From the NCBI RefSeq assembly GCF_902713615.1, contig NW_024055744.1, positions 346,593 to 410,592 on the forward strand: 64,000 bases of DNA. The letters run 5' to 3'. The notes under the pieces are model-generated. The model was not told the origin of the DNA. It worked only from the letters and a program-made list of their open reading frames with translations, and did not search any database. Position 1 is the first letter of the stretch; each line of letters opens with the position of its first letter. The position numbers and the translations under genes are program-made. The stretch comes from Scyliorhinus canicula. Its lineage: Eukaryota. Shown piece after piece: positions 1-11,139 of the stretch.

Positions 1-359
1 GCTGATGAATCTTTATTTATTTTAATCTTAAGTTTATTTTGCTCAAGTCTACTAATCAAATAACTAAAGACCTGGCCGGGGATTCCAGTCCTGCTCCACG
101 TGGGAAAACCAGGAGACTTCTCATGTCCAGAACAATCACAAGTGCAGGAAGTGACATCATCTGGAGCAGCAGGAAGCAAAGGGCAGTGGTGGAGAGGTAT
201 GTTTGTGATTGGTGGAGTATTTCCAGTGGGATTCTAGATTTCCCAGGACACGATTCCATGCTTGCTGAGTTCTATATCAATGCTTTAGACTTTAACATGG
301 GGACAGGATTAAGTCATTTGCGGTCCTCTTTTTGACAGTGAGAAAGAAAGCTGCAGACT

Positions 360-1640
360 TTTATTATTCATTTATGGGAAGTGGACTTCACTGGTTGGGC
401 CAGCATTTATTGCCCATCCCTAGATGCCCTTCAGAACCTGGCGGGGAGTTTCCTTCTTGAACCACTGCAGTCCTTCAGGTGTAGGTACACCCACTGTGCT
501 TTTAGGGAGAGAGTTCAAGGATTTTCTCCCAGCGACAGGAAGAAACGGTGATATATTTCCCAGTCAGGGTGGTGAGTGACTTGGAGGGGAGTCTCCAGGT
601 GGTGGGGTTCCCAGTGATCTGCTGCTCTTGGCCTTCTAGATGGTAATGGTCATGGGTTTGGAAGTTACTGACTAAAGAACATTGGTGAGTTACTGCAGTG
701 CACCTTGTAGGTGGAACACATGGCTGCCACTGTTCGTCAATGATGGATGGTTTGAATGTTTGTGGAAGAGGGAGCTATCAAGCGGGCTGATTTGGCTGGA
801 TGGTGTTAAGCTTCTTGAGTGTTGTTGGAGCTGTACTCCAGGCAGGTGAAGAGTATTCCATTACACTCCTGACTTGTGCCTTTTAGATGGTTGACAGGCT
901 TTGAGGGGTCAGGAGATGAGTTACTCACTGTAGGATTCCTAACCTTTAACCTGCCCTGGTAGCCACAGTATTAATATGGCTAGTCCAGTTCAGTTTCTGA
1001 TCAATGGCAGCCCCCCTCCCAGCCCAGGATTGTTGATAGCGGGGGATTCAGCGAAGGTAATGTCATTAAATGATGGATAGATCCTCTCTTGTAGGAGATA
1101 AAGAACAAGAACAAAGCAAATTACAGCACAGGAATAGGCCCTTCGGCCCTCCCAGCCTGCGCTGATCCAGATCCTGTTGCCTATTTTCCAAGGATCTACT
1201 TCCCTCTGTTCCCCGCCCACCATTGCCTGACACTTGTGTGGCACGAATGTAGCTTGCCACTTATCAGCCCAAGTCTGGATATTGTCCCGGTCTTGCTGCA
1301 TTTAGACATGGACTGCTTCATTATCTGAGGATTGGCGAATGGTGCTGAACATTGTGCAGTCATCCACAAACGTCCCCACTTCTGACCTTACGCTGAAGGC
1401 AGGTCATTGATGAAGCAGCTGAAGATGGTTGGGCTTGGGACACTACCTTGAGGAATGCCTGCAGTGATGTCCTGGAGCTGAAGTGTTTGGCCTCCAACCA
1501 CCGCAACCATCTTCCTTTGTGCCAGGTACGACTCCAACCAGCGGAGAGTGTTCCCCCTGATTCCCATTGAGTCCAGATTAGCTGGGGCTCCTGGATGCCA
1601 TACTCGGTCAAATGCTGCTTTGATGTCAAGGACACTCTCA
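360..1640 (-). mobile_element. Non-LTR retrotransposon (CR1/L2 group) RT 3' fragment, decayed
   Basis: ORF fragments QQDRDNIQTWADKWQATFVPHKCQAM and QAFLKVVSQAQ (frameshifted GVPQGS region) resemble LINE RT; 3' tail at ~360-430 matches the + strand tail at 22320-22375. Confidence 0.75.
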
Positions 1641-1689
1641 CCTCACCTCTGGCATTCAGCGCTTTTATCCATGTTTGAACCAAGGCTGT

Positions 1690-2420
1690 AATGACTGCAG
1701 GAAGACATCAATAGACTGATCAGCTGGCCAGAAAAGTAGCAAACTGAGGTCAATCCAGAGAAGCACGGGGTAATAAATACATTTGGGGAGGACAAACACG
1801 GCAAAGGGAAAGAATATGAATGGTATGATAGTGAGGTGTAGAGGGACAGAGGGGTGTAAGAGTGCATGTCCACAGATCCCTGAAGGTGACCGGAGAGGTA
1901 GATGTGGTGATTGGAAAGGCAGAGAGGATACTTTGTTATTCACGGGTCATAGAGCACTAGAACAGGGAATATTCCCAGCAATTTCTATTGGAGGAAAGAC
2001 CTGAAACCCCTCTCGCCACAGATGCTGCCAGAGCTGCTGAGTATTTCCAGCATTTTCTGTTTTTATTATAAGATCAGGGAGGTTATACTGGAGCTGTCCA
2101 AAACACGAGTTAAGCCACACCTGCGTTACTGAGTACAGTTCTGGTCACCACATTACAGGAAGGATGTGTTCTTACCAGAGAGGATGCAGAGGAGATTGAC
2201 CAGGATGCCGACACAAATGGAGAATTTTAACAATGAGGAAAGATTGGAGAGGCCGAGGTGGTTTTCTGTGGAACAGAGAACGCTGAGGAGAGATTAACTG
2301 AGGTGTTTAACATTCTGAGGGACCTGGATAGAATGCATAAGAAGGATCTATTTCATTAACAGATCAATAACCAAGGGGGTATAGATTTAAAGTAATTAGC
2401 AGAGGATTGGGAGTGGAAGG
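1690..2420 (+). mobile_element. CR1-type LINE 3' fragments
   Basis: Degenerate RT C-terminal sequence (cagttctggtcaccacattacaggaaggatgtg = QFWSPHYRKDV) typical of CR1 ORF2. Confidence 0.75.
1998..2068 (+). mobile_element. Penelope-like element terminal-repeat remnant
   Basis: gacctgaaac...cagatgctgccagagctgctgagtatttccagcattttctgtttttatt; same family as the reverse-oriented 19638-19741 element. Confidence 0.45.
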
Positions 2421-2435
2421 GGGATAATGGATCTC

Positions 2436-3303
2436 TGTGTCTATTCGGAACCCTGGATATGCGTTACCCCTTCTCAGCTCCCAAATAACAGAGGTCAAGT
2501 CTGTGCTTCTTGGCAAAGGCCAGTTGAACTTTATTTGTCAGCTGTGCAACTGGGAAACTTGTTTTTAATACAAAATTTAGAATCAACAACTAGCCCTGCA
2601 GCAAGCTAGTCAGATTAATTGTCTTTCGCGAATACAGAAGTTGAATTTTCATTCAAATCATAATACGCCAGATAAAATAACTGGGTAATTGCGATTAGCA
2701 AAGCGAGCAGGAAAGGTTTCAGAAATATAGATGGAGTGAGCAAGAAGAGAGACAGAACAGCGCAACAGAAGCAATTTTCCATTCCGGTAAGTGATTCTTA
2801 AGAGAATTGTAATCTCAAAGTCTAGCCTTCTTTTTACTGCTGATTGGCTTTAACTAATTTATAATTTATCAGTTCGACCAAAGTTTCTGTCCATCAATTT
2901 AAGAGATATAGGTATTTGAATATGTTGGTGGAATTTTCCCATTCCATTACTTGCCAATTTTCCAAATTATCGACACCTGCATCTCAACATTAATTAGAAA
3001 ATACACAGCCTTCAGGGCATTATGACCTCACACTGTCTATTACCATGGAAACAGGACTGCCCGTGCTGGAAAAGCAGCAGCAGACAATGGGGTCTTTTAG
3101 CTAGTTGGCGTCACTGACCTTGCTTGTCTCAGGCAATTTGCAAATGTTAAAATCTCGGTTGAATGAAAGAAAATTAAAGTGTATGATCTGGATTAACCCT
3201 TAACGGGTTTCCAGCTATTGTTGCACTCAAATTATGCTTAATGAGTTCTCATTTAAGCCTTTTATCTTTATCATCTATAGCTAACTAGAGCCAATTTCTA
3301 TCA
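2436..3303 (-). mobile_element. Putative 3' LTR of the ERV
   Basis: Starts TGATAG (- strand) immediately after a polypurine tract; AATAAA on - strand at 2530-2535; left boundary uncertain. Confidence 0.55.
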
Positions 3304-3324
3304 GTCTCCCCTTTTGATTCTTCT
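3304..3324 (-). other. Retroviral polypurine tract
   Basis: - strand AGAAGAATCAAAAGGGGAGAC directly followed by TG, downstream of env stop. Confidence 0.65.
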
Positions 3325-3617
3325 AAAGAATAATAAGATGAATCAAAATAACAAATATAAATTAAGGAAGAAATGCAACAGGATAGAAGTAAGCGCAGAG
3401 AGGAACGCATTCACTTTGTCTTTCATGGTTCACTTGTTTGAGAACAGCCTTCAGCACTGGAGCGGGCAAAGCTTTGCAAGTGTGACAAGCATTCTAGAGG
3501 TATTTTATTCAAAAAAGTGATTATATAGTACAAGAACAATTCAGTAATAATGGAAGCTGATTATATAATTGCAGTAATAATTTGGTAACAATGCAACAGT
3601 AATGCAGTAACAACAGT

Positions 3618-5024
3618 TCAATAGTAGGAGCCTTCTTCAATGTCATGGGCTGGTGGTGCAGTTGGACCACTATGACCCACTTTGATTGTTGGGGCATTAT
3701 GGGTAGCCATACATTGGCCAATGCATCTGATTGGCAAGATCACTACGTAATTGGCAAGCCCAAAAATGAAAAATAAGAGAAATCCCTGAATGATGGAAAT
3801 TCCTGTGCCGCCCACCCATCCAGAGAGCCATCCCCAGAGTGGTGTCAGAGGGTTGGTAAAGTTTCCTAACGTCTTCTGGAATATGTGCTGACAAGCTTTT
3901 GATTTCTTCTGAATTATCTGGGATGTAGGGGAAATACTCTGCACCAATCAGGGCACAGGTACCACCTTTCTCGGCCAGCAAATAGTCAAGTGCCATCCGA
4001 TTCTGTAAAGCCACATTTTAAATGGCCAGCATCTGGGCTGAAATGCTACTTAGGGCTCAGGCAGTGTCATTGGCTGTTTTCTCTCAGGCTGCGGCCAATT
4101 TAATGTATTCTCTGGTCAGTACGATGATGCCATAGGCAGGGATGAGAGCAGAAAATAATTTCTCAGCCCTGTGATCTCACGTTGAGACCTCTTGATGATA
4201 GCGGTGGGTGAATATTTCTCAAACTGTGGCATGAGTGTCCATGTTTTGGGTCTGTGTTTATAGCATCGGCTAGGGAAAGGGAAAGGGAATGACGGATGAA
4301 GGGGACAATTAATCGTAAATAGAATGCTCCTCTCCAGCTCACTGGTAGCTAAGGGTATGCATTATTACTGCAGATGTAATAGGTGCCATTATATGTAGAA
4401 TATTGGGCAACCACTTGTTCGGACCAACGTTCTGTAAAATTTGTCCCATCGGTGCGATTAGGTAGCCCTTTAAAGTCAATGGGATTCTCTTCATGTCCAT
4501 AGACCACAACCTTTCTTGTGTCATGAGTGCACATTTTACTGGCACTCACATCCAAATAATATTCACATTTACTGTATCCTGCATTCCATGCTCTATGATT
4601 ATAGCTGAATATATGGTCCCAGTATGATTATGACCAGTTGGGAAGGTTACTTGGGGTGGTTTCTGTTTCTGATTATAGACATGTTGAAACCATCCCTTGA
4701 GTGTTTAATGGGTGGCCTGCAGATCGCTATCTCTTAACCTCATGGTTTATCATTTCTTTGGTTCTGGCGTCTCCACATTGGGGAAGGTATTGTCGTGATT
4801 TTGGAAAATGTGCCTTTCTGCCATTTGGGATAAAGTAAAAGGAACAGGCTGTAGTGGGATACCTGCTTGGGAATTGGTCGGGATAGAAGAAGACACCCAG
4901 CACTTAGAGACGTTAAAGTCTCTGGCATAGGTATAGGACATGTAAAGGAACGTGTTAACATTGAACTCCTGGGTAAGGCTGCTGGGCCAAACATGGAACT
5001 GAAAATCAATATTATGGCAAACAT
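3618..5024 (-). pseudogene. env: ERV env, copy 1 (frameshifted, stops)
   Basis: Signal peptide MFAIILIF; immunosuppressive domain LQNRMALDYLLAEKGGTCALIG; degraded CX6CC; membrane-spanning IIQGFLLFFIFGL; split over several ORFs. Confidence 0.9.
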
Positions 5025-5081
5025 TTTTACAGATTCTGAGTTTAGAACGTGCGCTTCACATGTGACGCGTGAATCCATGAT

Positions 5082-6400
5082 TTATTTCCTTGGGAGTTTC
5101 ACGGCTGACTGAGTTGTGAGTAATATCTGGTAGGGGCCTTCCCACTTAGCTGCTAACGGTTCGCGCTGAATTTCTTTTACGTAAACGGATTTGACCGGCA
5201 CCAAGACGTGCCCCGGCCCCCCCCCCCCCCCCCTCCCCCCTCCCCCCTCCCTCAGGAGGATCGCCCCATGCCGCCGACACCTGACAGCATTTGTTATGTT
5301 TTGACAATAACTGAGTAAAGCATCACTCATCAGATGACAATCTGCCTTTCTTAAGTCAATAGTTCCTGGCAGGTACATGGGTCTGCCAGTCATGACCTCA
5401 AATGGGCTTAGGCCTGTGGTTCTGGTTGGGGTTGTTCTGAAACAAAACTAGTGGTAAGGCTTGAATCCAATTCCTGCCTTCTTGGTTGTATTTGGACAAT
5501 CGTTCTTTTAAAATCTGGTCCATGTGTTCCACTTGTCTTGATATTTCTGCATGACAAGGGCAGTGTAGATTCCAATCGATGTTCAGTAACCTGTACACCT
5601 CCTGGCAAACAGCACCTGTAAAGTGGGTTCCATTGTCTCGGTTAATGATAGGTGGTACTCCCCATCTGGGAATATCGTCTTTGTGTAGGACTTTGGCTGT
5701 ATGGGTGGCTGTAGCCCTCCTGATTGGAGCAGCCTCTCCCCATTTCGAGAGGTTATCCACTACTACAAGGATGTCAGTGTATCTTTGACATGTAGGAAGG
5801 GTGATGTAATCGACCTGTTTGTTCTGGAATGTTGCTGCAGGGGCAGGAGCTTTTAGCTGAGGCATTGATGTCATAGGTCCTAAGTTGTTCTTTTGACAGG
5901 TTGCACAGCGGTTTGACACCAATTGTGTATGTTTTTTGAATCCCGTGCCACACCAACTTTTCTGGAATCGAGCCATCATCTTTCCTGGGGCTAAATGTCC
6001 CCATGAATGGATCTGTTGGGCCAGAAATGGCATCAGTGCCTGTGGGGCAACTGGTTTATCCGTCTGAACTTGTCTCCAAATATCATCATCATACCACTGG
6101 ATACCTGAGTCTAACCATGATCATTTCTTTTCTTGTGCAGTGTCATGTTGCATTTCACGTAGATCTTGTAATAAATCGGTCACTCCCAATTTGTAGATGT
6201 GTCTTGGTTCTGCTGAAGAATCCCACTGGGAGGAAGCTTCCTTTGCTACTCGGTCTGCAAGGGCATTTCCTTGTGCTTCTATAGAGTTGTCTTCAGTATG
6301 GGCCTTACACTTTAGAATGGATACTTCCTTTGGCAAAGCTATGGCTTCTCAGAGGTCATCATTTCAGTGGTGGGAGTCTAGAACTCGCTGTCTGACAGGG
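5082..6400 (-). pseudogene. pol: ERV pol (RNase H C-terminus + integrase), copy 1, 5'-truncated
   Basis: RNase H KCKAH...GNALAD; integrase HSWGH/CATC zinc knuckle, DYITL...DNGTHF core, KWEGPYQILLTT GPY/F motif. Confidence 0.9.
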
Positions 6401-6759
6401 TCATAGAAGCAGAAATCCTGATCACTTTAAAATTAATGTCTTGGATATCCAATTGAAGGACTGGGACATACAGGACAATCGACTGAGATCTGCAAAATGG
6501 GATTAAGCTGAATAGCTCCACTTCAGCTAGCACTCACACGATGGGCCAAATGGCCTCTCTCTGTACCAGAACTTTGCGGTTTTTACTCTGAGAGTTGGAG
6601 TTTGTTTCTGATGATAATACCCTCTAAGGGACTGGAGTTTAACATTCTAGGATATTGGTGAAATAAATCAGCTGCTTTAAACACGATGTAGATTCTTGTC
6701 TTTCCCGCCTGAGTGTTTAACATCACCTGGCTGGAGTTCAAAAAGGACAATCTCACTTC

Positions 6760-7084
6760 ATAGAATCAGAGAATTTACAGTGCAGAAGGAGGATATTCGG
6801 CTCATCGAGTCTGGACCAGCCCAAGGAAAGAGCATCCTACTTAAGCCCACGCCTCCACCCTATCCCCGTAACCCCACCTAACCTTTTTGAACACAAAGGG
6901 CAATTTAGCATAGTCAATCCACCTAACCTGCACATCTTTGGAGTGTGGGAAGAAACCGGAGCACCCGGAGGAAACCCACGCAGACACGGGGAGAACTTGC
7001 AGACTCCGCACAGACAGTGACCCAAGCAGGGAATCGAATGTGGGTCCCTGGTGCTGTGAAGCAACAGTGCTACTGTGCTGCCCT
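6760..7084 (-). mobile_element. tRNA-derived V-SINE (HE1-like)
   Basis: Reverse complement of GGGCAGCAC..., B-box-like segment, TGGGTTTCCTCCGGGTGCTCCGG core, CR1-like tail. Confidence 0.85.
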
Positions 7085-7089
7085 TGCAT

Positions 7090-7700
7090 CCAAGCTCCCG
7101 GATTGTCTGTCTTCTCTCTGGGTAAGATTCTGTTTGTCTCTTGTATTCACCGCTGTGACAGGGCGGAGACCTGATGGAAGGGATTCAGACATGAAAGTTC
7201 TGGGGGAAATGGGCAAGGATTTGGGAGGTGACAACATGTTGAAATAGTTTGGAGAGGAGAGGGAGGTTGAAGATGAGGCAGTAATTTGTAAGGATGGCAG
7301 AGTCATGGGTTTGTTTTATTGAGGAGGGGGTGATGATGGCAGATTTGAAGGACAGACGGACAGTACCTGAAGAGAGAGAAATGTTGACAATATCCATGGA
7401 CATAGGGTAGTTGGCTGATCAGTAGCTCAGTGGGAATAGGGTCGATGGAGCAGGAGCTGGGTCTCATGGACAAGATGAGCTCTGAGAGGGCATGAGGGGA
7501 GATGGGAGAGAAACTAGAGAAAGATGTGGGTTCAGGGCTTGGGAAAGGATGAAATTTAGACGCAGTTTGGTCCGGTGGGCTCGTGGAAGGGAGGGAAGCA
7601 GCAGAGGCAGCTGATCGGATTGACTCAATCTCAGTCACAAAGAAGCTCCACAAGCCCCTCACACCTTGTTGGAGGTGAGGATGGAAAAGACAGGGGAGAG
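7090..7700 (-). mobile_element. L2 LINE fragment
   Basis: SAIITP...NYCLIFNLPLLSKLF resembles the L2 NYRPISNLPFLSK motif; paralog at 26690-27310. Confidence 0.75.
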
Positions 7701-7780
7701 CGAGAGTATTTCAAAAGGAACTAACTTGTGTCAGAGATATTAAAAAGTTTCAGCACACTGCGTATTTAACACAAATCTAA

Positions 7781-7786
7781 TTTATT
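7781..7786 (-). promoter_or_regulatory. Poly(A) signal of ZNF gene 1
   Basis: AATAAA ~120 nt after stop; conserved at 27375-27380 in the paralog. Confidence 0.6.
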
Positions 7787-7907
7787 TGACTTTTAGCCAG
7801 AATATTAGCCCCTGTAAATGGGCTGGAGTTTGTTATCAGCAGAAAGAGACCCAAATGAACATGGTTCAGTCCTGAATGTGAGGAACACGAAAATTAATTC
7901 ATTGTGG

Positions 7908-9251
7908 TTACTGGTGGCCCCGTTGGTGCTGCTGCAGGTTGGATGACTGAGTGAATCCCTTCCCACACTCTGAGCAGGTGAATGGTTTCTCCCCAGTGTG
8001 AATTCGCTGGTGCCTCTGCAGGTCATATGATCGTGTGAATCGCTTCCCACACTGGGAGCAGGTGAATGGCCTCTCCCCAGTGTGAATTCGCTGGTGCTTC
8101 TGCAGGTTGGATGAATGAGTGAATCCCTTCCCACACTCTGAGCAGGTGAATGGTCTCTCATCAGTGTGAACTCGCTGGTGACTCAGCAGGTTGGATGACT
8201 GAGTGAATCCCTTCCCACACTTGATGCAGGCGAATGGCCTCTCCACTGTATGAATTCGCTGATGTACGATGAGCTGAGATGATCGTCTGAACCCAGTCCC
8301 GCAGTGAGAGCACCTATACGGTCTCTCGTCAGTGTGAACACGTTGATGGTACATCAGATTCCTAGAATGTTTATAGCATTTCCCGCAGTCTGGACATTGA
8401 AACGGTCTCTCCCCAGTGTGAACTCGCTGGTGTGCCGACAGAGTGGATGACTGAGTGAATCCCTTCCCACACTTGGAGCAGGTGAATGGCCTTTCCCCAG
8501 TGTGAACTCGCTGGTGACTCAGCAGGGAGGATGAATCACTGAATCCCTTCCCGCACTTGGAACAGGTGAATGGTCTCTCCCCAGTGTGAACTCGCTGGTG
8601 CTTCTGAAGGTTGGATGACAGAGTGAATCCCTTCCCACACTCTGAACAAGCGAATGGCCTCTCCCCAGTGTGAACTCGCTGGTGACTCAGCAGATGGGAT
8701 GACCGAGTGAATCCCTTCCCACACTTGGAGCAGGTGAATGGTCTCTCCCCAGTGTGAACTCGCTCGTGTCTTAGCAGGTGGGATGACCGAGTGAATCCCT
8801 TCCCACACTCAGAGCAGGTGAATGGTCTCTCCCCAGTGTGAACTCGCTGGTGTGCGGACAAAGTGGATGACTGAGTGAATCCCTTCCCACACTGAGAGCA
8901 GGGGAACGGCCTCTCCCCAGTGTGAACTCGCTGGTGCCTCAGCAGGTTGGATGTATCACTGAATCCCTTCCCACACATGGAGCATGTGAATGGTCTCTGC
9001 CCAGTGTGAATTCGCTGGTGTGTGGACAGAGTGGATGACTGAGTGAATCTCTTCCCACACTTGGAGCAGGTGAATGGTCTCTCCCCAGTGTGACTGCGTC
9101 GATGAGTTTCCAGCTGGGATGGGGAAGTGAATCCCTTCCCACAGTCCGCACATTTCCACAGTTTCTCCTCAGTGTGACTGCATTTCTGTCTCATGGGGCC
9201 CGATGACGTGTACGGGTTCTCCCCACTGTGAACGATGCTTTTTCCTTCCAT
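7908..9251 (-). CDS. C2H2 zinc-finger protein, 15 tandem fingers, 447 aa (ZNF-1)
   Basis: CxxCxxxFxxxxxLxxHxxxH repeats with TGERPF linkers; start MEGKS taken downstream of a polypyrimidine/CAG acceptor ending at 9360 (exon starts 9359). Confidence 0.93.
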   Translation of the reverse strand: MEGKSIVHSGENPYTSSGPMRQKCSHTEEKLWKCADCGKGFTSPSQLETHRRSHTGERPFTCSKCGKRFTQSSTLSTHQRIHTGQRPFTCSMCGKGFSDTSNLLRHQRVHTGERPFPCSQCGKGFTQSSTLSAHQRVHTGERPFTCSECGKGFTRSSHLLRHERVHTGERPFTCSKCGKGFTRSSHLLSHQRVHTGERPFACSECGKGFTLSSNLQKHQRVHTGERPFTCSKCGKGFSDSSSLLSHQRVHTGERPFTCSKCGKGFTQSSTLSAHQRVHTGERPFQCPDCGKCYKHSRNLMYHQRVHTDERPYRCSHCGTGFRRSSQLIVHQRIHTVERPFACIKCGKGFTQSSNLLSHQRVHTDERPFTCSECGKGFTHSSNLQKHQRIHTGERPFTCSQCGKRFTRSYDLQRHQRIHTGEKPFTCSECGKGFTQSSNLQQHQRGHQ

Positions 9252-9682
9252 GTTCAAAATCCAATGATATTCAGGATATGATAAATTGAGGGCTCTGTCA
9301 GATCCTGATGTGATGCTTGGTTTGAGTTTCTGGACTTTGAAGCCTCCCCTTCGAACGCCCTGTGAAACTGATTTAAAACAGAAAATAGAGAGTGAGAGAG
9401 AACCCACAAAAACACAAAGGCAGGTTGTGAAATTGAGCTGAATGAATCTGGTCATTCGTGGGGCCGGCACTGGGAAAAAGTGACCATGAAAACTGCTGGA
9501 TTGTCACAAAAACCCAATTGGCCTCTTTAGGAGAATAGAGGAAGAGGTGAAGAGGGATTTTGTATATTTACAAGACATATTAAAGAGAATAGATGGAAAG
9601 CAAATTTGATCGAGCTTCATAAACAGTAATATTGATTTTGAAACAGGGAAGCCAGACTTCCGGTGGCACAGTGATTAGCTCA

Positions 9683-10068
9683 CTACCAGACGGATGAGCC
9701 CAGCTGAGCAGCAGTTACTCCTTCGGACTCGATAGATCCAGAATCGAACAGCGGCCACTGTTTCTCTGACCTAAGCCGGGTGCCCGAAGTTAAGTACAGG
9801 TTGTCTTAGTCAATAGGTGTAGTTAACTAGTAGTGTTTATGTTGCATGACTAATAGTTTGTAAATAAAGTAGCCGTGACCTTGAACTAACTAACTGGTGT
9901 TTGGCTCTTTGATCGATAGCCGATTGAACCTTGTGGTGGTATCATTTGATACCCAGCGACTCGAAGCACTAGAATATAGATAACATAGAAAGGGCAAACT
10001 CTCTGATTGCCATAATTGGAACAGACCCACAGAAAGGAGTAAAAAAGTAAAAGAAGAAAAGGCAACAA
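9683..10068 (+). mobile_element. LTR-like fragment (R-U5-like) replacing a SINE interior
   Basis: AATAAA at ~9863, ends ...ggcaaCA; flanked by a SINE head and tail that are joined by a normal SINE body in the paralog at 29800-30143. Confidence 0.45.
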
Positions 10069-10547
10069 TTTGATTGGTTGATTGGCCTCCTTCTGTACTG
10101 AAGGAATTCTATGGTTCTAAGACTCCATTTGTCAACAAACTATTCGTCAATAATTTGGTTTTCTGCAATTTTGATTAGTCGCCTCAGATTGAATCAAGGC
10201 ATCAGAAACAGGAACAGGAGTCAGTAATTCAGCCCATGTTCTAACCATGAGAGGATATTTTGAAGCCAAAGAGATGTTCTGAAGCATCAACACCAGGATG
10301 TGTAAAGAAATAGGACAGGAATCTGTGTCTTTGCTGCATCATCAACAGTTCAAGGGTCAAGCATTGCTTCCTGAGATTGGAAGGTAACTCACGTAGTTCC
10401 CACATTCCAAAGAGTCAGGGAACGACACGCCCCTCAATCACAGGGAAGATGCTTGAAGGATCCAAACTGATTCAGTTTCTGATTACTGGGGTAGAGAAGG
10501 AGCCATTAGAGATTCTCGAATGGCTTCTCAAAAACAAGGTCATGTCT

Positions 10548-10915
10548 TAATAATAACAATAATCTTTATTGTCACAAGTAAGCTTACATTAACACTGCAA
10601 TGAAGTTAGTGTGAAAAGCTCCTAGTTGCCACATTCCGGCCCCTGTTCGGGTACTCAGAGCGATAATTCAGAATGTCCAAATTACCTTGGGACATGTGGG
10701 AGGAAACCGGAGCACCTAGAGGAAACCAACACAGACATGGGAAGAACGTGCAGACTCCAACAGTGACCCAAGCCAGGAATCGAACCTGGGACCCTGACCC
10801 TGGACATTCTGGATTCTCCCGAACAGGCGCCAAATGTGGCGACTAGGGGCTTTTCACAGTAACATCATTGCTGCGCTAATGTAAGCCTACTTGTGACAAT
10901 AACGATTACTATTAT
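10548..10915. mobile_element. SINE (- strand, 10548-10797) abutting an inverted SINE tail (+ strand, ~10803-10915)
   Basis: Tail gtggcgactaggggcttttcacagtaac...ttgtgacaataa present in both orientations. Confidence 0.8.
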
Positions 10916-11139
10916 AAATAAATCAAATTAAAACCTGGGCGAGGGTCACATTCAGGGGAAGATATTAAAATGGAACCACATACAGATAAACTATATCAGT
11001 ATTTACTGACAATTCCATTTGAATCACTGTTTCTGGTACCTGACACCTCAACTTGATCCATCACATCAACACTTAGACTAACTGACTGGGCTGAGGTCTG
11101 TCTTGGATAAAAACCCGAGGATCACTTGTCATCACAGAA

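Noticed and set aside
1-350. 98-aa ORF at 39-335
   Set aside because: No recognisable domain, codon signal or splice context
3618-5024. Domesticated syncytin-like env
   Set aside because: Multiple stops and frameshifts, CX6CC degraded, furin site mutated; neither copy encodes full SU-TM
9252-9470. N-terminal extensions of ZNF-1 and ZNF-2 in the ORF track
   Set aside because: They run across the polypyrimidine tract and splice acceptor and use different frames in the two paralogs
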